From positions 1 to 16,196 of the forward strand of contig JAYZAC010000096.1 in NCBI GenBank assembly GCA_036339875.1: a stretch of 16,196 nucleotides of DNA, given 5' to 3'. A model generated the notes under the pieces. It was not told where the DNA came from and searched no databases. It was given only the letters and a program-made list of their open reading frames with translations. The position numbers were made by a program, and so were the translations under genes. Each line of letters starts with the position of its first letter. Within the stretch, counting starts at the first letter, position 1. This document shows positions 1 to 8,084 of the stretch, piece by piece. Source of the stretch: a bacterium. Its GTDB lineage: Bacteria; Muiribacteriota; UBA6191.

Positions 1-123
1 GTCGAAGATTTCATGCGTAATAACTTTGACCGTATTGCCATGTAAGAGTCCAGAAGAATTGTAGAGGATAAGGAACTACGCAATAGACTCGTACAGGACT
101 ATAGTAAAGAAAATTATGATCCC
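1..123 (+). other. In-frame upstream coding-like segment (VEDFMRNNFDRIAM*ESRRIVEDKELRNRLVQDYSKENYDP) containing one TAA
   Basis: Manual translation of frame 1. The composition and the F/Y-x-x-x-N-F/Y-D pattern resemble the downstream ORF. Confidence 0.55.
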
Positions 124-2304
124 ATGGAAGCAATGCAATTAAACACTCCAGAAGCAATGCGTGAGATTCAGCAAAAAATTACTCAGAAGTACATGGATGA
201 CAACATGGATGAAATCATCTCGCGCTATATGAACGAATATATGAATGAAATGCTTGACTCTATGCCCACCGAGGATGACATAGAAGTACATGGCGACGTG
301 CAAGAGGATTTTATGAAAAAATTCGCTGCACACATGGAAGAAGAAGAAGCTGATGTGCACTCCGATGAGCATCTAAGTGAAGTCGAAAAATTTGCGAAAC
401 GTTACAACATCAAGGATCAAATGATTCAAGTCTTTATCGAAAGCAATTTTGATGAATTTAGAGCTATCTTCGTAACACTTGAAAGTATGACTTACAATCG
501 TCAAAGTATCGAAGAACATGTGATCACAAAGTACCCATTGAGAACAAGCTTATTTCTTTTTAACTACTTGTACGACAAGGAGTACCACGCTCAATTAAGA
601 CAGGAATTTGCCACGCATGTGATAGAGGGTCAATCAGAACTTATCATGGAAATCGTGATGAAGCGTCAATTGGAGTTCATGTGGGATGATGAGAAACAAA
701 CCGAAGAAAATGAGATTTATCAGGAAATCTTCGATGAGTGGTTTTTTAATCGCTTGAAGAAAACAGCTGATCAAGTAAGCGAACAAGATGTTGAGGAAGG
801 TTTAAATCAGTTTTTACGTAACTATGAAATTTCAATAGATTCACTTGTCGCAACACTTCTTGAATATCCTGATGCCCGAACAAGACAGAGGGTTTATGCT
901 AATTTTTACAATGACCCAAGCACACTCGATAGTCTCAAGTGGGATTTCTTAAACAGCTTTTTGGATTACCTTGAAAAAGAAGAGTTAGAAAATGCCTACG
1001 ACTGGATGGAACTCTTCTTCACTTATGATTCAAAACACCCTTTAGTAGAGCGCCAAAAAATAAAACAAGAAGAATTCTGGTTAGAAAAACTTAATAAGAT
1101 TCAAAATACACCAGAAGAAGAATTTCACTACAGCTCTGATTGTGAAAAACCCTTCTCTTCCTTGCTTCAAAAGAAATTTATAGGGGCTATGTTAAGTCGC
1201 TGGATTGTAGAAATGAGCCTTGAATTTTTAGATAAGCAACAACGAAGAATTAAAGTAAATAGCTCTCAGCAGGTCAAAGGTCGTAGTGCAAAAGATTGGT
1301 TAAATAAAGTTCGTCAATTAGTGCCAATTACACGTTACGAAAATGGATCTCAAAAACGTTTAGAAAAATTATTAATGGAGCGTTGTGATGATGGTACTTA
1401 CAAGTTTGAGATGGCAGACGCGCTTTCATATCTAGATAATAATGCTGATCAATTTATCGAATGGTTAATAGAACTAACTCCATTACAAAGCTGGGATTGG
1501 GTGCAGCCCAAAGGTATCGATCGATCGATCGAATACATTGACAGTCTTGACTTAGAAAGTAAAGAAGCTGTCGTTAGTAGCCTCTTGGAGAATACAGACA
1601 AAAAAGACGAGTGGATCAGTACCATAATTAAGAAACTATTCATGCCATTCGTAGCCAAAATGACAGATCGTAATAGCGATAGCTGGTACAAATTAGTTAC
1701 AGATCCATTGGGAGAAGATCTGGCCTCAGAAAAATTAATGGAGATGCTGGCAGAATCTGCTTCCGCTCCCAAAATGAAAGAAGAACCGGAAACTGTCCTC
1801 GATATTGATCCAGAAGAAACACCTCTACTGCATGCATATCTTGATTATTTAAGTCCCACAGAACTTGCAGGCATGGCAAATTTTATGTCAAAAATTGAAA
1901 GTAATATGGGCATGAACACTCGCTCTATACTCAAACTAGCTGAGAAAGTGGTTTTCAGTTTTACCGAATTCTTCGAAGGCGAATTAGATGCCATGGAAGA
2001 AGAGATACTCTCTTATGCCCAACAACTAATTCTGCAGAAATTCGATTTTTTAACCGCTGACTTGGTACAACAAGAATTCGACCAACCAGAAAATATTAAA
2101 GCCGTAAGAGAAGAATTAGAAGAAGGCTATAAGAAAGAATACGCATACGACTTCTTTAAAGTAGGTTTGCAAAGTTTAGTTTTTAGAAAGAAAGATGCCA
2201 ACATGGAGCAACAAGAGAATCAGTTTCGAATGTTCTGCCGTCGCAGAATTTCGGACATAATTGATCAAAAAGCGATCGAAATTAAAAAGGACAACTTAAA
2301 TTAA
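124..2304 (+). CDS. Large acidic (Glu/Asp-rich), predicted alpha-helical hypothetical protein; probably the 3' part of a longer gene interrupted at 43-45
   Basis: 726-aa ORF with no recognisable catalytic motif. The same frame is open from 46 to 123 and from 1 to 42, with one TAA at 43-45. There is no clear SD before ATG 124. Confidence 0.8.
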   Translation: MEAMQLNTPEAMREIQQKITQKYMDDNMDEIISRYMNEYMNEMLDSMPTEDDIEVHGDVQEDFMKKFAAHMEEEEADVHSDEHLSEVEKFAKRYNIKDQMIQVFIESNFDEFRAIFVTLESMTYNRQSIEEHVITKYPLRTSLFLFNYLYDKEYHAQLRQEFATHVIEGQSELIMEIVMKRQLEFMWDDEKQTEENEIYQEIFDEWFFNRLKKTADQVSEQDVEEGLNQFLRNYEISIDSLVATLLEYPDARTRQRVYANFYNDPSTLDSLKWDFLNSFLDYLEKEELENAYDWMELFFTYDSKHPLVERQKIKQEEFWLEKLNKIQNTPEEEFHYSSDCEKPFSSLLQKKFIGAMLSRWIVEMSLEFLDKQQRRIKVNSSQQVKGRSAKDWLNKVRQLVPITRYENGSQKRLEKLLMERCDDGTYKFEMADALSYLDNNADQFIEWLIELTPLQSWDWVQPKGIDRSIEYIDSLDLESKEAVVSSLLENTDKKDEWISTIIKKLFMPFVAKMTDRNSDSWYKLVTDPLGEDLASEKLMEMLAESASAPKMKEEPETVLDIDPEETPLLHAYLDYLSPTELAGMANFMSKIESNMGMNTRSILKLAEKVVFSFTEFFEGELDAMEEEILSYAQQLILQKFDFLTADLVQQEFDQPENIKAVREELEEGYKKEYAYDFFKVGLQSLVFRKKDANMEQQENQFRMFCRRRISDIIDQKAIEIKKDNLN

Positions 2305-2331
2305 ATTTAAGCTTATGATTGGCGGTAAATC

Positions 2332-4200
2332 ATGAATGATTTTGTTAAAACAGTAGACCCTCAGGTAGAACTACAGTTACGAATTGATCGACTAATAAAT
2401 GATATTATTTTCACAAGAGAACACACTCAGGAGTATTTAAACTACAAGCCTGAAGATGGAGAAAAAAATTGGTCAGAATATGAAGAGTTCACGATAGGCT
2501 ATACTTCTTTAGGGATACGATGGGCATTTAAGGATCCCATACCTGTTGATAAAATTGAAAATCCAGACAAAGTGGCTGACTTATACCAGTATACAGTTCA
2601 ATGGATTTTTGCTGTAACTAGAGGCTTTCGATTATTTCCTGCACGCTTTTTCAGACAGAGTGATCTCGTCCATGGAAGTTTAAGCTTACACGCTGAAACG
2701 GATAGGACTCTTACTAGCCTTTACTTTTTCTTCAATGAACTATTCCCTATAGAAAAATTTGCACCTTATCAAATTTTTCAACATGAGATCTTTTTTCTTA
2801 AACCAGAAAACGCCAACCAGAGATTGGATCTATTAATTTTTTGGTTATTGCAGCAAAGTTGGTTTCTTCAGCAGATGTTAAAAATATTCCAGAAACATGT
2901 CAGTGCTGACTGCGATGAACATCACATCGAACTTAGCAAATTAGTTCAACATTGTGACATTCAGATCAAGTATCTACGCACGGAAATGGACAAAATATGG
3001 GGCTTCAAACCTGAACTAAAAGAAAGTTGGGATATTAATTCAACTCCAACGTTTCATTTTTTAGAAAAGTTCGTTGATTTCAATCACTTAGTTCAAGCGC
3101 TAAATCGTTATGACCAAGGGATACTTAATAAACTTAAAGAAGACTTCGATAACTTCTGCCAGAAACAAGGACTTGGTTCTCGTGAAGCATCAGATTTAGA
3201 TCTCAAATCTGCCTTCGGTTTAGACCCTGAAGAACGGAAATCTTATTCTCGTCTTTTAGGCGATATCATGAAGGATTATCAGGGCGATGTAGACGCTCTG
3301 ATTAATGATTTTGGCGATAAAAATGATGAGATTATTCGTGAATCATACGCAAAACTACAGCGCCGTCTCCCTTATAAAGACCACTTTCAAACAAGTGTTT
3401 ACGAATATTACACTCAAGAAGCCGACAAAGTTCAGTGGCACCTGCAAGACGTAAAAGAGTTTTGTAAGGGATTAAAAGGAATCGAACTCAGTCGTAATGA
3501 TTTAGCTTTATGTGACATCATCAAAGAAATAGCATACTGTGAAGGATACAGCTACAGCATTGGCTATCAAAATATGCATCACGTTGGTATGCAGCATCCC
3601 TTCGCTTTATGGAATGTACAACAGTGCCATGAAGAGCTTAAGCATTATCATGCGATCAGAGCAATGTTGCAATCTATGAATATACATACTAATGATCTTG
3701 ATGAAGAATTTTTAGCAACAACATTCAATGAACCACAACCTGATGCATATCACGATCAATATAGCGTTTTTATAATTAATTTCCTGGGTGAAACTCACAA
3801 TATTCGAGCATATCTGCTTTTAGCTGACGCTTTTGATAACCCTGAAGTTCACAAAGTTCTACGTTGGGTAGCAGAAGATGAAGTTGTACACAAAAAAGTT
3901 TTCGCGGCTCACTTCAAGTATCTATGCAAAAAAGATCCTACTTGGGAAAAAAATACTTATGAATGTCTAATGGATTTTGCATTGGGGGTTCATCAAGCAG
4001 GTGAATGTGACCGTTATCATGTAATGATGAAGAAAATTGGGCAATATTATGCCACTTCTGGCAAAACTAGTGCATTAGAGTTCTTGAACATGTCTATGCG
4101 TGCACAGTATCTTGAACTAAAGGCTTTATTTTCACCTGATATATTTAAGATAACGGAATTTGACTTCAGACAGAGACATCTCAGGGCATATGTATTTTAG
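2332..4200 (+). CDS. Ferritin-like diiron-carboxylate protein (putative oxygenase/desaturase-like) with a large uncharacterised N-terminal region
   Basis: Ligand pattern E404, E435-x-x-H438 (EELKH), E487, D516-E517-x-x-H520 (DEVVH), with E-to-ExxH spacings of 31 and 30 aa, typical of ferritin-like four-helix bundles. A 'KVQW' segment precedes the bundle. Confidence 0.75.
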   Translation: MNDFVKTVDPQVELQLRIDRLINDIIFTREHTQEYLNYKPEDGEKNWSEYEEFTIGYTSLGIRWAFKDPIPVDKIENPDKVADLYQYTVQWIFAVTRGFRLFPARFFRQSDLVHGSLSLHAETDRTLTSLYFFFNELFPIEKFAPYQIFQHEIFFLKPENANQRLDLLIFWLLQQSWFLQQMLKIFQKHVSADCDEHHIELSKLVQHCDIQIKYLRTEMDKIWGFKPELKESWDINSTPTFHFLEKFVDFNHLVQALNRYDQGILNKLKEDFDNFCQKQGLGSREASDLDLKSAFGLDPEERKSYSRLLGDIMKDYQGDVDALINDFGDKNDEIIRESYAKLQRRLPYKDHFQTSVYEYYTQEADKVQWHLQDVKEFCKGLKGIELSRNDLALCDIIKEIAYCEGYSYSIGYQNMHHVGMQHPFALWNVQQCHEELKHYHAIRAMLQSMNIHTNDLDEEFLATTFNEPQPDAYHDQYSVFIINFLGETHNIRAYLLLADAFDNPEVHKVLRWVAEDEVVHKKVFAAHFKYLCKKDPTWEKNTYECLMDFALGVHQAGECDRYHVMMKKIGQYYATSGKTSALEFLNMSMRAQYLELKALFSPDIFKITEFDFRQRHLRAYVF

Positions 4201-4238
4201 AATATTCTTGAGAAAACTCTTTTTACATAAGGGCTAGT

Positions 4239-4865
4239 ATGCGACTATTCGTCCCATTTAAATTAAAAGAAGAACCAAATAGTTTTACTGCAAGTATTCC
4301 TTTTGATCCTGAGTTCGAAGTAAAGGCTGCCTCTAGAAGGCAAGCCGCGGATTTAGTTTGGAAAGACTTAGGTAGATTAATTCAAGTTCACAAGCCATTA
4401 GAATTAATCGAAAAACTCCCTCAATACCAGAAAGAAAAGGGTTACAACTACGTCGTAGTGAATCTCTTTGCTCCCTACGAGACGATTGCTATGTGTAGCC
4501 CTTTCTGTGTGATACTCTTTCTGCTTTATTGTGGAGCATGGTTTTTTATTGCGAACATAGGGTTACGTTACACTGAAATGGGTACCATGTTAATGAACGC
4601 CGACCTCATTGCAAAATTTCAAACTTATCAGGTGCATTTAGGTCTCGCCCAAGTAATGATATTTTTAATTCTTTGGGGATGGTTTTACAGCTATGTTTAC
4701 CCTTACCTATGTAATCGGTATGCACTTACTTTGTTAAACAACCCGAAAACTCTCAATCTCCACCAACGTACAATTGGTAAATTAGCTGGATTTTTGAGAA
4801 AAGAAACCAAAATTCAATTGAACTTTACTGCTCAATCGCAAAACGAAGAGGGAGATCAAACATGA
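4239..4865 (+). CDS. Hypothetical membrane protein, 2 predicted TM helices
   Basis: 208-aa ORF with AAGGG upstream. Hydrophobic segments FCVILFLLYCGAWFFIANIGL and LGLAQVMIFLILWGWFYSYVY. Confidence 0.75.
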   Translation: MRLFVPFKLKEEPNSFTASIPFDPEFEVKAASRRQAADLVWKDLGRLIQVHKPLELIEKLPQYQKEKGYNYVVVNLFAPYETIAMCSPFCVILFLLYCGAWFFIANIGLRYTEMGTMLMNADLIAKFQTYQVHLGLAQVMIFLILWGWFYSYVYPYLCNRYALTLLNNPKTLNLHQRTIGKLAGFLRKETKIQLNFTAQSQNEEGDQT

Positions 4866-5407
4866 ATGAATATCTAGTATGCGAGCAAGGTTCCGAATAT
4901 CGAATTCTAACCGATCATAAACGTCTTGCACAGAGAGCCCGTGGGAAGAATTTTTTATTCGCGTCAATGCTAGCCGAATATTATTTCTGGCATACCGCTA
5001 CTAGAAACACTGTAGGTGATCAGCTTAAACTTAGAGGTGAAGAGGAAAGTTTTTTAGTTTATACAAAACCCGATCCAATGAGATTACGTCTAGTGGATGC
5101 TCTTTATTTCCTACCCATATCGGCCTTTTTTATGTGGTTCCCACTAGATTTCTTTCTCAACCTTCAGATTGGATTATTGGAAGGGAAAACCTTTGCTGAG
5201 GCCTATACAATGTATTTTTTGCAGGCTATGGAATGGGCCAGAATTCAGCCTAGTTTCGTCTGGGCAATGTCCTTTTGGTCGGCACCCTCTGCCTTTATGT
5301 GTACTGTGCCTAGCTTCTTTTTTTATCATATAGCTAAATATAAACTTAGTTGGCTGCCTTCTTACACACTGGACCAAACTCTTGGACGAATCATGGATGC
5401 TATCTAA
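4862..5407 (+). CDS. Hypothetical membrane protein, 2 predicted TM helices
   Basis: 181-aa ORF with an ATGA start/stop overlap at 4862-4865 and GAGGGAG upstream. Hydrophobic segments ALYFLPISAFFMWFPLDFFL and FVWAMSFWSAPSAFMCTVPSFFFY. Confidence 0.75.
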   Translation: MNEYLVCEQGSEYRILTDHKRLAQRARGKNFLFASMLAEYYFWHTATRNTVGDQLKLRGEEESFLVYTKPDPMRLRLVDALYFLPISAFFMWFPLDFFLNLQIGLLEGKTFAEAYTMYFLQAMEWARIQPSFVWAMSFWSAPSAFMCTVPSFFFYHIAKYKLSWLPSYTLDQTLGRIMDAI

Positions 5408-5446
5408 ATATCCTTGTTTAGTTGTTAGAAAAATTTGATAGTACCT

Positions 5447-7306
5447 TTAAGGAACGGTAACCAGCTCATCAATCACTCTATTATTACTAGGGTTCGTCCA
5501 AAGCGCTCTTATCACTTCTACAATTTTTTCACGCTCAGGTAAATCTTGTGGAACACTTTTAGAAACACTTTGTGGTATATCCAGATGAAAATCCTCAATT
5601 TGAATACTAAACTCTAACTTAATATTAAATTGACGCCATATATGCCTCGATAAGGTTTTTGCTAGTCTTTGACAGAAGCTAGTCATCCATTTGGTATTTA
5701 ATTCAAAAGTTTGCATTACAGAAAAATTTAGATTCTCCTGTATAAACCCTAATTGCTCTAAACCGCTTAGATTAAAACGAATATTTAGCATTTCGCAAAT
5801 GCATAATTGACAAATATGTAAATGCTCCTCCAAGGATCTAGCCTCATCGTAATGCAGTAAAATATCTTCTTCATTTCGAAAGCGATTCTGACGCAAAGAA
5901 TAGAGATCACGATTATGATTATAATAGGTACCTGTTTCTTGTAAATATTTAGAAAGAGTTCTAAAGCCTTGTTGAATAGCACGAGTAAGTTTCAAAGTAA
6001 CTGGAGCAGCATCCACCTCTCGTTTAATAAAACCCATATCCTTAAACCGTTCGTCATAGAAGTTCCAAATCATTCGGTTGCTATATGTATGAAAATCCCA
6101 CAAACCCTTAATATTAAATACATCAAAACTTCCAAAGCCCTCATATTGCCCCACGTATAATTCTCTAATTAAGTCAAATTCATAGTGACAATATTGATTA
6201 ACGATAGACACTTCTTTTTGGAGTTTATCTTCCTTACTATTTAATAGATGCTCTAAAAGATATGCCTGTCTCGAAATTACATCTGAACCCGGTGAGTAGA
6301 AAGGGTCAATAAAACCAAACGACTCTCCAATAAAGGCCCAATGGTCTGTATGACAAAATTTTTCACGTCGATAAGAGAGCTGCTCAGCAGATTGAAAATC
6401 AAGCATTTCAGCATTTTCTAATAAATTAGAGATAACTTTGTTCTGTCTTATGAACTTATCAAATCCTGAAGACGATTTTATAAGTTCATTGAGGTTAGTA
6501 CCTGAACAGTTAAGATTTTGCTCTATAACTTGCCGATCATAAACAACGCCAAAACTAATTACATTATTACCAATTGGAATAATCCATATCCAATATCCTT
6601 TACCCATACAATGGATAGTGGACAAATATCTCGACGTATAACCTACTCTTTTACGCCACGATTTACTTCCTTGCAGGTCTAAGTCACCAACTTTCGTATA
6701 ACGTCCCCAAGCCGCTGATATAGGATGATCTTCGTCGTCTATTACCGGATTTTTCGAATGTAAATTTGGTAAAATTTTACCGCTTCGTCCAGTAGCATGA
6801 ATTAACCAGTCGCAATTCAAAGAATGATAACTACCATTAAATCTGTAAGATACATTGTTCAATTGATCATTCTTATTAATTTTACAATCCTGTACTTCAG
6901 CGCCAAGTTTTATTTGTATTCCAAGATCGGAATTCATCTTCCATAAATCTTCTGAAAAGCGTTTTCTATCAATTTGAAATGTTGGAAAAACAGGGAAAAT
7001 ATTTGATCCAATCTCAGAACACTGTTCTACATCAAAGTTCTGTTCTTCATTTTGAAAAAAATATCTTAATCCATTTTTAGGTAAATGATTTAAATAACAA
7101 TAAGTGGATAAGCCTAAATCTCTTATAAGAAATAGGCCAGCGACACCTACTGTTGATTCACCCGGTGACCATTTCCCATGAGTATTTCGCTCTAATATAG
7201 TTATTCTCTTATTAGGAAATTTAATTTTAAGATACCGACTAATCAATTGGGCAGAAATACCCCCACCCACAAATACGATATCCGCATCTGGAATATGTTC
7301 TTCCAT
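5447..7306 (-). CDS. Flavin (FADH2)-dependent halogenase, tryptophan-halogenase superfamily
   Basis: N-terminal Rossmann motif VGGGISA followed by ILER and GESTV. Lys77 in HLPKNGLRYFF sits at the position of the catalytic Lys (PrnA K79). The halogenase signature W239-I-W-I-I-P (6575-6592) and GFIDPFYSPG (F-x-D/E-P-x-x-S-x-G) are present. Confidence 0.85.
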   Translation of the reverse strand: MEEHIPDADIVFVGGGISAQLISRYLKIKFPNKRITILERNTHGKWSPGESTVGVAGLFLIRDLGLSTYCYLNHLPKNGLRYFFQNEEQNFDVEQCSEIGSNIFPVFPTFQIDRKRFSEDLWKMNSDLGIQIKLGAEVQDCKINKNDQLNNVSYRFNGSYHSLNCDWLIHATGRSGKILPNLHSKNPVIDDEDHPISAAWGRYTKVGDLDLQGSKSWRKRVGYTSRYLSTIHCMGKGYWIWIIPIGNNVISFGVVYDRQVIEQNLNCSGTNLNELIKSSSGFDKFIRQNKVISNLLENAEMLDFQSAEQLSYRREKFCHTDHWAFIGESFGFIDPFYSPGSDVISRQAYLLEHLLNSKEDKLQKEVSIVNQYCHYEFDLIRELYVGQYEGFGSFDVFNIKGLWDFHTYSNRMIWNFYDERFKDMGFIKREVDAAPVTLKLTRAIQQGFRTLSKYLQETGTYYNHNRDLYSLRQNRFRNEEDILLHYDEARSLEEHLHICQLCICEMLNIRFNLSGLEQLGFIQENLNFSVMQTFELNTKWMTSFCQRLAKTLSRHIWRQFNIKLEFSIQIEDFHLDIPQSVSKSVPQDLPEREKIVEVIRALWTNPSNNRVIDELVTVP

Positions 7307-7329
7307 AGTTACTCACAATCAACCACTGT

Positions 7330-7358
7330 TTGACATAATTGGCTCTATTGCTGAAAAT
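7330..7358 (+). promoter_or_regulatory. Putative sigma70 promoter for the GST gene (TTGACA-N17-GAAAAT)
   Basis: Perfect -35 TTGACA at 7330-7335, a 17-nt spacer, and a 4/6 -10 at 7353-7358. ATG 7366 follows after a 7-nt gap. Confidence 0.5.
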
Positions 7359-7365
7359 AATAGAG

Positions 7366-8073
7366 ATGGCCTTCAAAAAAGGAATCAAACCAACTCTTTA
7401 CGGTGTACCTCAATCGCCATTCGTTCGAAAGGTGCGCTCTTTCATGCACGCCAAACAGTTGCCGTTCAACATAATACCAATTATGCCAGGTGACTCGCGA
7501 AAAACGTTCCGTCGAATGAGTCCATTTGGAAAAATACCGGCATATCGTGAGGGCTCATTAAGACTTTGTGACAGTTCTGTCATTTGCGCCCATTTAGAAC
7601 GATGTCACCCAGAAAACCCATTATTTCCTAAAGATAATCGACATTATGCTCACGCTCTTTGGATAGAAGAGTATTGTGATACTGTTGTAAGTAAAATAAT
7701 GACTTTTAGACTAATGTATCAATGCTTTCTTAAACCCGCTTTCAGGAAAATTCCGCCCGATAAAGAGTTAATCGAAGAAACACTGAGGGAAGATGTACCT
7801 CCAATTCTCAATCACATAGAAAATTTTATAATGAATGACGAAGACTTTCTAGCAGGACCATATCTAAGTATTGCGGATATAAGTATGACAGCACATATGC
7901 TTAGTTACATTTATTCCGGACATGAGATAAATGGAGATAAATGGCCTAAAACGAAAAAATATATTGAAAAAATGCTAGAAACCGGCCCCTTTCCAAAAGC
8001 TCTTAGAGAAGAAAACTACCCTTATTATCAAGTATTTTTAGATAAAAGTTGGGAGGTCCCAGATACAGTCTAA
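7366..8073 (+). CDS. Glutathione S-transferase family protein
   Basis: Motifs LYG...SPFVRKV, SPFGKIP (cis-Pro), LCDSSVI, and the C-terminal N-capping box FLAGPYLSIADI. ATG 7366 is preferred to TTG 7339, which lies inside the predicted promoter. Confidence 0.92.
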   Translation: MAFKKGIKPTLYGVPQSPFVRKVRSFMHAKQLPFNIIPIMPGDSRKTFRRMSPFGKIPAYREGSLRLCDSSVICAHLERCHPENPLFPKDNRHYAHALWIEEYCDTVVSKIMTFRLMYQCFLKPAFRKIPPDKELIEETLREDVPPILNHIENFIMNDEDFLAGPYLSIADISMTAHMLSYIYSGHEINGDKWPKTKKYIEKMLETGPFPKALREENYPYYQVFLDKSWEVPDTV

Positions 8074-8084
8074 CTACATTTAAT

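Noticed and set aside
43..45. TAA reassignment (alternative genetic code) to explain the in-frame stop
   Set aside because: TAA, TAG and TGA all terminate well-defined genes in this window (e.g. GST and hisS with TAA, the cyclase with TAG, DUF2225 with TGA), and no other gene is interrupted.
1516..1531. (ATCG)4 self-complementary microsatellite inside the acidic protein gene
   Set aside because: Only four units with the frame intact; too short to argue for phase variation.
2332..4200. Calling the diiron protein AurF, ribonucleotide reductase R2 or a CylC halogenase
   Set aside because: It lacks the extra AurF His, no R1 subunit is nearby, and I cannot verify family-specific motifs; only the fold-level call is supportable.
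4210..4224. GAG-AAAA-CTC followed by a T-run, as a terminator after the diiron gene
   Set aside because: A 3-bp stem is too weak.
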